From an uncultured Acidobacteriota bacterium (lineage in GTDB: Bacteria > Acidobacteriota > JAQAZP01): 64,000 nt of DNA. The notes under the pieces are model-generated. The model saw only the letters and a list, made by a program, of their open reading frames with translations. It did not search any database and had not been told where the DNA came from. The position numbers and the translations under genes were made by a program. Positions 39,501 through 50,896 of the stretch are shown in pieces; position 1 is the stretch's first letter, and every line of letters begins with the position of its first letter. The stretch lies in NCBI GenBank assembly GCA_963836075.1, contig CAWIIB010000009.1, forward strand, positions 2,656,001 through 2,720,000, given 5' to 3'.

Positions 39501-39881
39501 TTCATTGAAGCAGCCCGTCTGGCGCCGGGTGTGGCCGGCCCGTTGGCCAACCTCGGGGCGGTGCTGCTGGAGGCGGGGAAGGCCGACCAGGCGGAGATCT
39601 ATCTGAACCGGGCGCTGGAGCTGGACCCGGCCCACGCCTCGGCCTGCAACAACCTGGCGGTGCTGCTGCGCCGCGACGGCCGTATCGAGGAGGCGGTGCT
39701 GCTCTACCGGCAGGCCATCGAGGCGGCCCCCGAACGGCCAGAGTTCAGGATCAACCTCGGCGTTCTCCTGGAAGCGATGGGGGACAGTGGGGGTGCGGCC
39801 GAGCAATACCGGGCGGTGCTGGAGTATGATCCGGAGAACGGTGAAGCGGCGGCGGGTCTGAGGCGGATTGCCGGCCCCTGA
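36528..39881 (+). CDS. Fused MFS-like membrane domain / spermidine synthase-like domain / TPR protein
   Basis: SGAAGLVYQVAW.R, LLPPTLAMGATLP, INGKTDAS, LLGLASGVT, EDGR, FDVIISEPTNPW, then TPRs. Confidence 0.88.
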   Translation: MNPRPFRSSPVLLLIFISGAAGLVYQVAWMRQLQPAMGGSVYSVTAVLASFMAGLALGSAAISRVAARLKRPLAVYAGLELFIAGWGLLSPLLLSLAAPAFNVLHPAAGGGASDPALAAWRFLLAFLLLLPPTLAMGATLPAVARFCRPISRHSVGRLMGRLYAASSAGAVCGALGAGFLVLPALGLAGGCRLAALGNLAAAGGAWLLHRRRGTAPGPVEGEAPDGAASGVEPLRGVGSRLRTVHLAALLSGAASMALEVAWSRNFALLFGSSVYAISLVLAAFIGGIALGAYVPSRFFDRWGPGRVPAAAALALAAAFTALVAASGSVLPLVSLRLFWWSGGAPALAYPLQLLLAGLILLPGTFCTGAAFPLLVRTLSVDGGRPPEQALGTLYAVNTAGAVAGTVLAGFFVLPALGMERTSLSGSALLALAAAGLLLGGRRRWWQPLLPLALVCLAALPVMLRPWDQDLVTSGPFVYAGIYREIAALDRAWDPQRETAGEDRPWTTAADDPVAATPSGFQGLRELVRARGELIWHRQGADASVAVRRSATGTLSLQINGKTDASTGGDMKLQLLSARLPLLLHPDPREVFLLGLASGVTLGALLEHPEVQRATCAEISPAVVQASRFFDAVSGAPLDDPRVELVVEDGRSVLQRTAAGSFDVIISEPTNPWIAGMADLFSVEFFRLCRSRLADGGLCCQWVQSYALETGDLRRVTATFGAVFPRATLWAEKAAGGDYLLIGFADGPQVRVTGREELARRMADPGLTWWGGMDDLPAPLQLLGHLACDTAGLAGFCGGAPLITDDNISLEFSAPLALHRRTLAGNLEALLPHRANRGNLPPWLPLGGEAEADDLAALLTSQAELEMACLAALGMDLETAVLHLEASLSADRGNPEAREFLYAVAPAFCGRLTAAGQPAASLILCRLYLVRRPDETGMLVEEGRALAALGLHEAAVSRFRRVAAASPGDGEALNQLGLALHRAGDTAGAQETFIEAARLAPGVAGPLANLGAVLLEAGKADQAEIYLNRALELDPAHASACNNLAVLLRRDGRIEEAVLLYRQAIEAAPERPEFRINLGVLLEAMGDSGGAAEQYRAVLEYDPENGEAAAGLRRIAGP

Positions 39882-39894
39882 GGCCGGTGTGCTT

Positions 39895-40647
39895 TCAGAT
39901 CCCGGCCATCCGGACGGCCAGCTGCTCCGCGGTCATCGCCGCCCGCTGCGGCCCGTCGAAGTCGGCCACCACCCGGCCGCGGCCCAGCACCACCGTCCGC
40001 TCGCCCAGGTCCATGGCCAGATCCACCCGGTGGGTCACCGCAATGGTGGTCAGTCCCCGTTCCTCCACCATCCGGCGGGTCAGCTCGAGGATCTTCCGTT
40101 CCGAGCCCGGGTCGAGGGACGCGGTGTGCTCGTCCAGCAGCAGCACCTGCGGCGTGCGCCAGACCGCCATCAGCATGGTCAGGGCCTGGCGCTGGCCGCC
40201 GGAGAGATGGGAGACCGGGGAGTCGAGACGCGATTCCAGGTCCATGTCGAGGCTGGAGAGGGTCTCGCGGAAGTGCCGCCGTTCGGCTGCGCCGATCCCG
40301 ATCTTCAGGCCGCGCCGCCGGCCGCGGGTGGCGGCCAGCCGGAGGTTCTGCGCCACGGTCATTTCGGGGGCGGTGCCCAGGCAGGGGTCCTGGAAGACCC
40401 GGCCGATGAGCGGGGCGCGGCGGTGCACCGGCCAGCCGGTGACCTCGGTGTCGCCGATGCGGACCGCTCCCCGGTCCAGCGACACCGTGCCGGCGATGGC
40501 GCCCATCAGGGATGACTTGCCCGAGCCGTTGGCCCCGGCCACCACGATGAAGCGCCCCTGGCGCACGCTGAGGTCGAGGCCGTCCAGCGCCCGCACCTCG
40601 CTGCCGTTGCGCCCGAAGACCTTGACCAGCCCGGTCACCTTGATCAT
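39895..40647 (-). CDS. ABC transporter ATP-binding protein
   Basis: GANGSGKS, VFQDP, LSGGQRQ, LLLDEHTASLDP, VTH. Confidence 0.93.
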   Translation of the reverse strand: MIKVTGLVKVFGRNGSEVRALDGLDLSVRQGRFIVVAGANGSGKSSLMGAIAGTVSLDRGAVRIGDTEVTGWPVHRRAPLIGRVFQDPCLGTAPEMTVAQNLRLAATRGRRRGLKIGIGAAERRHFRETLSSLDMDLESRLDSPVSHLSGGQRQALTMLMAVWRTPQVLLLDEHTASLDPGSERKILELTRRMVEERGLTTIAVTHRVDLAMDLGERTVVLGRGRVVADFDGPQRAAMTAEQLAVRMAGI

Positions 40648-41510
40648 GGTCCCTCCTCCTGGCGGCCGCCGGCGGCCCGCCGGGCGGTGCGGGTGAAGAG
40701 CAGCGCCGCCAGCACGAAGAGGGCGGTGAGCAGTTTGAGATCCCGCGGGGCCACCCCCGAGGCCAGGGCCAGGGAGATGAGCAGTCGAAAGAGCACCGCG
40801 CCCAGCACCACACCGAAGAGGGTCAGCGGCAGCTTCCGGCGACCGGCGGCGGCCTCCCCCAGAAAGACCGAGGCCAGGCCGAGGACGATCATCCCGAAGC
40901 CCATGTTGATGTCGGCAAAGCCCTGGTAGCGGGCCACCAGGCCCCCGGAGAGGGCGGTGAGGCCGTTGGCCAGGGCCACTCCGGCCACCCGGGTCAGCTC
41001 CACCCGGCCCCCCAGGGCGGAGAGCATCACCGGGTTGCTGCCGCTGGCCCGCAGGGCCAGGCCCATGTCGGTGCGAAAGAGCAGCACCAGCAGGCCCCAG
41101 ACGGCCACGGCCAGCAGCAGGTGGGTCAGCAGGAAGGACGTGTCACCCGGCGTCTCCGATCCGTCAAAGCGGTGCAGCAGGGGAATGTTGGGCCGGCCCA
41201 TGATGCGCAGGTTCACCGAGTAGAGGGCGGTCATCACCAGGATGCCGGAGAGCAGGGCCCCGGCGCCCAGCCGGGTGTTCACCAGCCCGGTGAGCGTGCC
41301 GGCGGCCATGCCCGCAGCCACGGCGGCGGCCAGGGCGGCGGCCGGGGCTGCGCCGGCCGCCGCCAGCACCGCAAAGAGCGCGGCACCCAGGGTGAAGCTG
41401 CCGTCCACGGTGATGTCGGGGAACCTGAAGATGCGGAAGGTGATGAAGACGCCGAGGGCCAGAAAGGCGTAGGCCAGTCCCAGCGCGCACGCTCCGGTGA
41501 TCAGATCCAT
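40644..41510 (-). CDS. ABC transporter permease
   Basis: LGVFITFRIFRFPDITVDGSFTLG, ALYSVNLRIMGRPN, QGFADINMGFG. Confidence 0.9.
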   Translation of the reverse strand: MDLITGACALGLAYAFLALGVFITFRIFRFPDITVDGSFTLGAALFAVLAAAGAAPAAALAAAVAAGMAAGTLTGLVNTRLGAGALLSGILVMTALYSVNLRIMGRPNIPLLHRFDGSETPGDTSFLLTHLLLAVAVWGLLVLLFRTDMGLALRASGSNPVMLSALGGRVELTRVAGVALANGLTALSGGLVARYQGFADINMGFGMIVLGLASVFLGEAAAGRRKLPLTLFGVVLGAVLFRLLISLALASGVAPRDLKLLTALFVLAALLFTRTARRAAGGRQEEGP

Positions 41511-41592
41511 TCCGCGTCTCCGTTCCCTTCGGTCCCAGGAAGCGGATGGATTGTACCCCACGGCGGCCCGTCAGTCACGCGTCAGCCGATAC

Positions 41593-42558
41593 TCAGGTGG
41601 TCTGCTCCGGTTTCACCGAGTGCTTGCTGATCGACAGCAGTTCGGGGTCGATCCCTTCGAGGATCGCCAGGGTCCAGGAGCGGACGAAGATGTGGATCGG
41701 CGCGGTGATCGTCTGGTAGATCACCGGCAGCACCCCGATGCAGCAGGTGAAGCAGGCCACCGCCACCCCCAGCGCACCGGTGACGATATAGATCACCAGG
41801 CGGAAGAGCAGGTAGACCATCAGGTCGCCGATGTGGCGGCGCCACAGGGCGATAGATTTCTCCAGGGCGCCCAGCAGGTCGATGCGGTGGATCACCATCA
41901 CCGGGGTGACGAAGTCGCGGACCAGCAGGTCGGCCAGGCCGATCAGGATGGCCAGCGGGATGTAGAGCGCCACGAAGGGCAGCAGCGAGACCAGAGAGCC
42001 GGGGAAGGAGAACTCACCGGCGGCGGCCACCCGGATGATCCCCCAGGCCGGCAGGGCCAGCAGCAGGACAAAGCACCAGAAGAGGAGGATGAACACCGCC
42101 ACCCGCCAGAGAAAGAGGCTCCAGGCCGGCCGGGATGCGTTGCGCCAGGGCACGGCGACCTCGGCCTTGTTCTCCATGACGTTCTCCAGGAGCATGAAGT
42201 GACCCCGGGCGCCCAGATACTGGATGATCACGGCGATGAGATTGATCAGGATGAAGGCGGCGACGGCGATGAGCATGATCCATCCCACATGGTCCACCAC
42301 CCACTGGGCCGCCTGCTGCAGGTCCTGGGGGCCGTTTCCGTGCCGCTGGCGGCTCAGCTTGTCCTGGAGCCGGCTGCCGCCCCAGCCTCCGGAGTCGGCG
42401 CTGATCAACTGGGCCAGGAAGATGACAAAGCCCAGCACGAACCACTTGGCGATGTCGAACGGTTCGAAGAGCATCCGGCGGGTATGTTCCAGGGCCGGAG
42501 TGAACGCATCCACCGGCGACCTGTCGGCGCTGCCCTTTTTCAATGTCGTCTCGTTCAT
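41593..42558 (-). CDS. Hypothetical membrane protein
   Basis: Multiple TM helices starting at MNETTLKK; the upstream part of the long ORF is antisense to epmA. Confidence 0.7.
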   Translation of the reverse strand: MNETTLKKGSADRSPVDAFTPALEHTRRMLFEPFDIAKWFVLGFVIFLAQLISADSGGWGGSRLQDKLSRQRHGNGPQDLQQAAQWVVDHVGWIMLIAVAAFILINLIAVIIQYLGARGHFMLLENVMENKAEVAVPWRNASRPAWSLFLWRVAVFILLFWCFVLLLALPAWGIIRVAAAGEFSFPGSLVSLLPFVALYIPLAILIGLADLLVRDFVTPVMVIHRIDLLGALEKSIALWRRHIGDLMVYLLFRLVIYIVTGALGVAVACFTCCIGVLPVIYQTITAPIHIFVRSWTLAILEGIDPELLSISKHSVKPEQTT

Positions 42559-42726
42559 TTTCCGCACCCCCTGCTGGATGAATAGACCGTCGTCGGCCGA
42601 GATACACTCCGCCGGTGGAATGTCGATTACACCCAATCTTACGTCGGTCCGCTCGGAAAAGTTTTGTCCGTTGACTTTTTTTGGCGGCAAGGCCACCATT
42701 CGTGGGACACTTGGGGAGGGCGCGGT

Positions 42727-43659
42727 ATGAGCAGTCAGGCCGAACAGAAGACGCTGGAACTGAGGGACCGGGTCATTCGCGGTATCCGGTCCTGTTTTCA
42801 CCGCCGCGGGTTTGTGGAGGTGGAGACGCCGAACCTGGTGCCCGCCCCGGGCCAGGAGGTCCACCTGGAGGCCCTGCCGGTGACCTGCCGCGGACCGGCC
42901 GGCCGGCCGCGGAAGCGCTGGCTGCACACCTCGCCGGAATATGCCATGAAACGCCTGCTCTCCCGGGGCATGGAGCGGATCTTCCAGATCTGCAAGGTCT
43001 GGCGTGACGGCGAGGGCGGGCCCCGGCACCAGGTGGAGTTCACCCTGCTGGAGTGGTACCGGGCCGGGGCGGACTACCACAGGCTGATGGATGACTGCGA
43101 GGGGCTGCTCCGCGAGACCGCCCGGCGGGCCGGGACCTTCCCCCGGTTGGGGCGCGCGGGAAACCATGTGCTGGTGGACGCTCCGTTCGAGCGGATCACC
43201 GTGGAAGAGGCTTTTCGCCGCCACGCCGGACTGGAGCTTCCCCCGGCAGAGGATGACGACCTCTTCTTCCGCACACTCCTCGACCGGGTGGAGCCGCGGC
43301 TGGGCCGCGGCCGGCCCACCTTCCTCACCGAGTACCCGGCCCGCATGGCCGCGCTGGCCAGGCTCAAGCCCGGCAACCCGTCGGTGGCCGAGCGGTTTGA
43401 ACTCTATGCCGGCGGACTGGAACTGGCCAACGCCTTCACCGAGCTGACCGACGCCGCGGAGCAGCGCCGCCGCTTTCTCGCCGAGCAGGAAGAACGGCGG
43501 AGCGCCGGCCGCGAGGTCCACCCGCTGGATGAAGACTTTCTCGCCGACCTGAAGCGTATGCCCCCTGCCGCCGGTATCGCCCTCGGTGTGGACCGCCTGG
43601 TGATGCTGGCTGCCGGCGCCGAGACCATCGGCCAGGTGGTGGCGTTTCCGGAAGGGTAG
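42727..43659 (+). CDS. epmA: EF-P lysine aminoacylase (EpmA/GenX)
   Basis: FVEVETP, LHTSPEYAMKRLL, EFTLLEWYR, ERFELY, ELANAFTELTD, GIALGVDRL; no anticodon-binding domain. Confidence 0.93.
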   Translation: MSSQAEQKTLELRDRVIRGIRSCFHRRGFVEVETPNLVPAPGQEVHLEALPVTCRGPAGRPRKRWLHTSPEYAMKRLLSRGMERIFQICKVWRDGEGGPRHQVEFTLLEWYRAGADYHRLMDDCEGLLRETARRAGTFPRLGRAGNHVLVDAPFERITVEEAFRRHAGLELPPAEDDDLFFRTLLDRVEPRLGRGRPTFLTEYPARMAALARLKPGNPSVAERFELYAGGLELANAFTELTDAAEQRRRFLAEQEERRSAGREVHPLDEDFLADLKRMPPAAGIALGVDRLVMLAAGAETIGQVVAFPEG

Positions 43660-43669
43660 CGCTCCCCGG

Positions 43670-44548
43670 TCAGGGCGCCAGGATCTTCACCGCATCCGGC
43701 TCCACGCGGATCTCATCCGAGTCGGGTTTCAGCGCATCGCCGTCGACCTGGAAACAGTCCACTGCATCGGTGGAAAACCGGAGTTTGTTTGTCCGGCCGC
43801 TCCAGACCCATTTCTTCCGGAGATGTGTCCCGGTGAGAATGGCCCACAAGATCCTGAGAGGGCCCAGGGGGCCGGGACTGCGGAACAGAACCACGTCCAG
43901 CAGACCGTCGTGCATATCCGCCCCACGAGCCAGGATCTGATCGCCGGCATAGCGGGCGGCATTGGCGAAGAGCGCGAAATGGGCCGTTCGGGGACCGGAG
44001 CCGTCACCCGTATCCACCGTTATGGGCCGGCTCCGATACCGGGGCATCTTGAACAGTGCGGTCAATGCGTAGGAATATCGCCCGAACCACCGTTTCAGAG
44101 CGAGGGGGTTTTGCCGCACCACCCAGGCATCGTAACCATAGCTGACCATCAGCAGGAACGGATGGCTGCCGAACCAGCCCAGGTCGAAGGAGCGAGCCGG
44201 GGTGTTCAGAATGGCCCGGGCCGCTTCCCGGGGATCGAGGGGGATGCCCACCTCCCGGGCAAAGACATTGACCGTGCCCAGGGGAATGATGCCCAGCGGC
44301 GTGGAGGATTGAACCAGGGCTCCCAGCGCCTCGTTGATGCTGCCGTCACCGCCGGCCACGATCACGGCATCGAACCCCTCCCGGCATTCCCGGGCCAGCC
44401 GGGCGGGATCCCCCGGGGCTGCCGATCTGCTGACCTCCAGATCCACCCCTCCCTCACGCAGGATCTTCTCCACCTCCGGCAGGTGCTGTCTGATCCAACC
44501 TGGCCGTGAGGTGGGGTTGACGACCAGCCGGGCTTTCCTGATCTTCAT
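43670..44548 (-). CDS. Diacylglycerol/lipid kinase family (YegS/DgkB-like)
   Basis: LVVNPTS, AGGDGSINE, IPLGTVNVFAR, DGLLDV, QVDGD. Confidence 0.9.
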   Translation of the reverse strand: MKIRKARLVVNPTSRPGWIRQHLPEVEKILREGGVDLEVSRSAAPGDPARLARECREGFDAVIVAGGDGSINEALGALVQSSTPLGIIPLGTVNVFAREVGIPLDPREAARAILNTPARSFDLGWFGSHPFLLMVSYGYDAWVVRQNPLALKRWFGRYSYALTALFKMPRYRSRPITVDTGDGSGPRTAHFALFANAARYAGDQILARGADMHDGLLDVVLFRSPGPLGPLRILWAILTGTHLRKKWVWSGRTNKLRFSTDAVDCFQVDGDALKPDSDEIRVEPDAVKILAP

Positions 44549-44679
44549 CGCGGGGCTCTCCTGGGGGATCTTCATCGCAAACCCTGTTCGCCTGAGCGTA
44601 TATCAGCAGGGTGCTCCGGCACAATAAAGGGCCGGCCGGACTCCTACTGGACTCGTCCTGCTCTGCCGATATAATGGCC

Positions 44680-44825
44680 TGAAGCGGTTTCATAACCTCG
44701 GCTGAGGCCCGATAACGGCGTTGCCGGTTTCCTCGAAATGCTCACATACCACAAGAGTATGCTGCGCTTTCTCGTCAACCGTCGCCTGGTTCTCGAACCT
44801 CAGCCGAGGTTATGAAACCACTTCA
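44680..44825. repeat. Palindromic intergenic element, copy 2
   Basis: 28-bp terminal IR with one mismatch (TGAAGCGGTTTCATAACCTCGGCTGAGG); core shared with 22210-22339. Confidence 0.75.
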
Positions 44826-44886
44826 AGGTCTTTTCGTCTCTCAACAGCCGGCGCAGCTGTACGGCTTTCTTATCGAGGTATGGCAG

Positions 44887-46678
<1,792 letters not shown>

Positions 46679-46801
46679 CGGGCGCCCCGCGGCGGGGCGC
46701 GGTTGCTCCGGCGGTTTCATGGACATATATATTATATGGATATGGACCATCGAGTGGCCGGGCCGGCAGGTTCGGGCCCCTGGATGCCGAAGGAGATGCT
46801 C

Positions 46802-49346
46802 ATGACCGACGTCGGCCGTCCGAAGCGTGAACGGGTCCCAAAGCTGTTCGCCGGCGCAGCGCTGGCCGCGATCTTCCTCGTCTGGGCGGCTCCGGCCCGG
46901 GCCCAGCTGTTCGGCGCCAGGATGGATTTCGCCACTGCCGGCGGTGCAAACGCCATGGCGGTGGGCGACTTCGACGAGGACGGCGGGCCGGACCTGGCTG
47001 TGGCCGACACCAGCGGTGTCTCGGTGATGCTTGGCGCCTGGTACGGCACGTTTCACGCACCGGTCCACTACGGGACGGGTGAATCGCCCCGGGACGTGGT
47101 TACCGCCGATTTTAATGGTGACGGCCATGCCGACCTGGCCGTGGTCAACAGAATGAGCGCCACGGTCTCGGTCCTGCTGGGCGTCGGCGACGGCACCTTC
47201 CAACCCCCGGAGGACGTCGACGTCGCCATCACACCCACCGCGATCCATGCCGCTGATTTGGACGGTGACGGGGATGTGGACCTGGCCCTGGTCTGCAACA
47301 TCTTCGACGATGATCTCGCGATCCTGCTGGGCAACGGTGACGGCAGTTTCCAGGTGGCTCATACCTATGACGCCTGGGACTATGCCCGCTCGGTGACCGG
47401 TGGTGATTTCGACGGTGACGGGGATGTGGACCTGGTTGTGGCCAACGAATTCCAGAGTGAGATCAGGGTCTTCCGCGGCAACGGTGACGGCAGCTTTGGC
47501 TGGGGTGGCACCTACACTGTGGGCGTCAATCCCTGTGCCGTGGATGTGGCCGACCTGGATGGTGACGGGATTCTCGACCTGGCCGTGGTCAACGACGGCA
47601 GCAACTCGGTATCGATCCTTCTCGGTGACGGCGACGGTACGTTTCAGGCGGGTCGCAGCACTTTACCGGGCCTTTCGGGGGGCCCCGTGACGTGGTGGCC
47701 GTCGACCTGGACGGCGACGGTGACCGGGACCTGGCGGTGGCCAATGAGTATGGCGGCAGCCTGGCCGTCCTGCCGGGCAATGGAGATGGCAGTTTCGGGG
47801 CGGCCGTGCAATACGGCATCGGTGAGTACGCCGACCCCCGTGCGGTGGCGGTGGTCGACCTGGACGGTAATGATCGCCTGGACCTGGTGGGGATCAACCG
47901 AGGCTGGGGAAGCGTGTCGGTCTTCATGGGCCGGGGGGACGGTAGTTTCCGCATCCCGCCGGTTTATGGAACCGGCGACCGTCCCTGGTGCTCGAGCAGT
48001 GGCGATCTGAACGGCGACGGGCACGACGACCTGGTGATGGCCAACTGGGATTCCGACGACGTGTCTGTGCTGCTGGGCTATGGCGGCGGGATCTTCGCCC
48101 CGGCCGTCTCCTATGCTGTCGGATCACGCGCCTGGTCGGTGGCTGTCGGTGAGTTGAACGGTGACGGTGCGGCTGACCTGACGGTTACCTGCGACGTGGG
48201 CGGGTATGTGGCGGTGCTGCTGGGGAACGGTGACGGCACGTTTCAGGCAGCTCTGGACCAGGCGGCGGGCGGCGGCACCTGCGGTGTGATCATCGCCGAC
48301 ATCGATGGCGACGGCTTCACGGACCTGGCCGCTTCGAACTACATCGACGGCACGGTTTCCATCCACATCGGTTTGGGTGACGGCACCTTCCAGCCGGCGG
48401 CGCACTATACCGCCGGCGACCGTCCCTACGACCTGGTCCTGGCCGACCTGAATGGCGACGGGTTCGGCGACCTGGCCACACCGAACGATGACGGGCATGA
48501 CGTGACGGTGCTGCGGGGCAACGGGGACGGGACATTCCAGGCGCCGCAGCATTTCGCCGTGGGGTATCGACCCTGGTCCATTGTCGCGGCCGATTTCGAC
48601 GGTGACGGTGCCATCGACCTGGCCACGGCCGACTCTTCCAGCGATACCGTCTCGGTGCTGCTGGGCAACGGTGATGGCACGTTCCAGGCTCCGGCGGCCG
48701 CCCCGTGGGCGTGCTGCCCAGGGGAATGGTCACCGGTGATTTCGATGCCGACGGCCACCCCGATCTGGCGGTGGTGAACTATGGCAGCGAAACGGTATCC
48801 GTCCTCCTGGGACGCGGTGACGGTACCTTCCAGGACACTATATTTTTCGGGGTCGGCAAGGACCCGGCGGGTGTGACCGTGGGCGACCTGGACGGGTTCG
48901 GTTCGCCGGACCTTGCGGTGACCGGCAGCGGGGACAACTCGGTGACCGTGCTGCTCAACCGCAAGGGCCCCCTGGTGAACACGTGCTCAGCCGGGCTCGG
49001 CTGCCTGCCGGCGGCGGGTACGCTCCCCTTCGAAACCCGGATGACGGCGACGCTGATCAATCATTACGCGGGCTGCAGCCGTCGCATCGCCGCCCGGATC
49101 GATATCCTGCTGGCCGGAGGCCAGCCGGTCTCCAGGTGGCGGGCCGGGTTTGCCAACGTGATGCCGGACAGCAGCCTCCAGGCCGGCTGGGCCACCACCC
49201 TGCCGGCGCTGGGGACGCTGGCGGGGGAGAACCGCTTCACCATCGTGGCCGAGGATGTCACGCCATATCCCTACAACGCCCCGCCATACCCCCGGGCCGG
49301 GGATACCGGCACGGGTCACTGCACGGTGACGGGCGTCGCCCCCTGA
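46802..49346 (+). CDS. Secreted FG-GAP/VCBS repeat protein with shared C-terminal domain (frameshifts near 47670 and 48700)
   Basis: AAGGAG RBS, signal peptide (ARA^Q), many 'DlDGDGxxDLav...vsvLLGnGDGtFq' repeats continuing across three ORF pieces. Confidence 0.82.
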
Positions 49347-49547
49347 CCACATGGCCGGAGTCCCGGCTCAAGATTCCGGTTGAACTCCGGGCGGCGTTCC
49401 CGCGCTGCACCTCCCATCCCTGCCTGGGGACATGGTGAAGTTGACTCCCGCTGCAGGAATCGCTGACCTTAAAAATCCATCAATCTATGGTTAAGCGGTT
49501 TGGTGCTTGCCTTGGACGGAGGATCGTTGCCGGGCCACAGGGGCAAA

Positions 49548-49577
49548 CCGCGGCTCCGGTTGTGAACGGAGCCGCGG
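49548..49577. terminator. Hairpin between convergent genes
   Basis: CCGCGGCTCCG-gttgtgaa-CGGAGCCGCGG. Confidence 0.55.
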
Positions 49578-49601
49578 CGTGGTGATCGGAGAATTGCCGC
49601 T

Positions 49602-50705
49602 TCAGGGGGCCATCGCCGTTATGGTGCAGGCATCCACTGCCAGGTCACCGGAAAGAGCGTACGGCGGCTGGTTGTAGGGCGCTGGGGTGACATCCGCGCC
49701 GTGCAGGGTGAAGATGTTGTCACCCACCAGGGTGCCCAGGGCCGGGAGGGACTGCACCCAGTTGGTGGCGAAACTCGAGCCGCCGGCCACGTTGGTGTAG
49801 CCGGCGCGCCAGCTGGAGAACTGGGTCCCCGCGGCCAGCTGCACGTCGATCCGTGCTGCCATGGTGCGGGTGAACGGTGTGTGGTTCACCAGCATGGCCT
49901 GCTGGCCCACGCTGAAGGGCAGCGTGCCGGACTCCGGTGAACAGTCGAAACTCACCGTCAGCGTGTCGCCGATCCACCCGGCCTCGTCCATGGCGGCCTG
50001 CAGCACGTCCTTGTCGCCGACGTTGCTCTGCACGAACACCACCACGTTCAGGTCGCCGGCCGACCAGCCGGAGTCGACGGTATACGAGCGGGTGAAGCTC
50101 ATGCTCTGACCCGGTCCGGTGAGCGTGAACGGCTCGTCGGCGAGCACGGCCCGGGCCATCCCCGGCTCACCCTCGTAGACGTTGTCTTCGGTGATCACCG
50201 TGTGCACGACGTTGCTGGTGGTGAAGATGAACCCCGTGGAATCGATCTGCACCTCGACCATCAGGTCCAGTCCGTCCAGCGTGGAGACCACAGTGATCTC
50301 CAGCGGGCTGGATACGGCCAGGTGGCTGGAGACGATGGGATCGTAGGTGGAGAACATGGAGCTGCCGGAAGAGCCGAGCACGTCCTCCCAACCCTCGAAG
50401 AAGGCGTGGGGCTGGCCCGGGGAGCCATACCAGCTGTGCCTGGCATCCCCCTCGGGAATCTCGAATTCGTCGTTGTAGTGCCAGAAAAGCGGAATCAGCT
50501 CGGTATTGTCATACACGCCGACCAGACCGTCGAAACCCGCGACCGCGGATGGGCAGTTCGGTCACCAGGTGGCGGTGAACAGCTCACCGAGTACCGTGCG
50601 GTCGGCCGCGGTGGCGGCGCCGGCGGTGAGGATCAGACAGTAGAGCAGGGCCGCGGCCCGGAGGGCCGTGACACGGATGGGGTGAGCGCGAAAGGTGGTA
50701 TTCAC
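49602..50705 (-). CDS. Putative secreted selenoprotein, Omp28/thioredoxin-like (UxxC), with shared C-terminal domain
   Basis: ORFs 50562-50771 and 49602-50516 are in frame across one TGA (50562-50564): VLGELFTATW-U-PNCP; signal peptide; Omp28-like 'LNVVVFVQ..DKDVLQAA'; SECIS-like hairpin. Confidence 0.8.
50535..50550 (-). promoter_or_regulatory. SECIS-like hairpin
   Basis: AUCCGC-GGUC-GCGGGU; loop starts 17 nt after the UGA. Confidence 0.65.
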
Positions 50706-50896
50706 TGGTCTTGTCTCCCTGAGATTGTCCTTTGTTCTTTCGGTTGCAGTCGTGGCACAGACTGATTTCATTCGATTGCCTACTATTCTTATAGACTAAT
50801 TGGGCTATTCAGGCAAGTTTTTTTAAAAAATAATCAATTCCGTTGAGGCAGGGAGGGAGCGTATTTTCAAAAGTCTCGAGCCAGGATCGTGGCGGC

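Noticed and set aside
44580-44886. glmS ribozyme
   Set aside because: The conserved ribozyme core is not visible; the structure present is the palindromic element also found at 22210.
46900-48960. Recurrent DNA repeats resembling an array
   Set aside because: They are degenerate codon-level FG-GAP protein repeats; no fixed repeat-spacer structure or cas genes, so not CRISPR.
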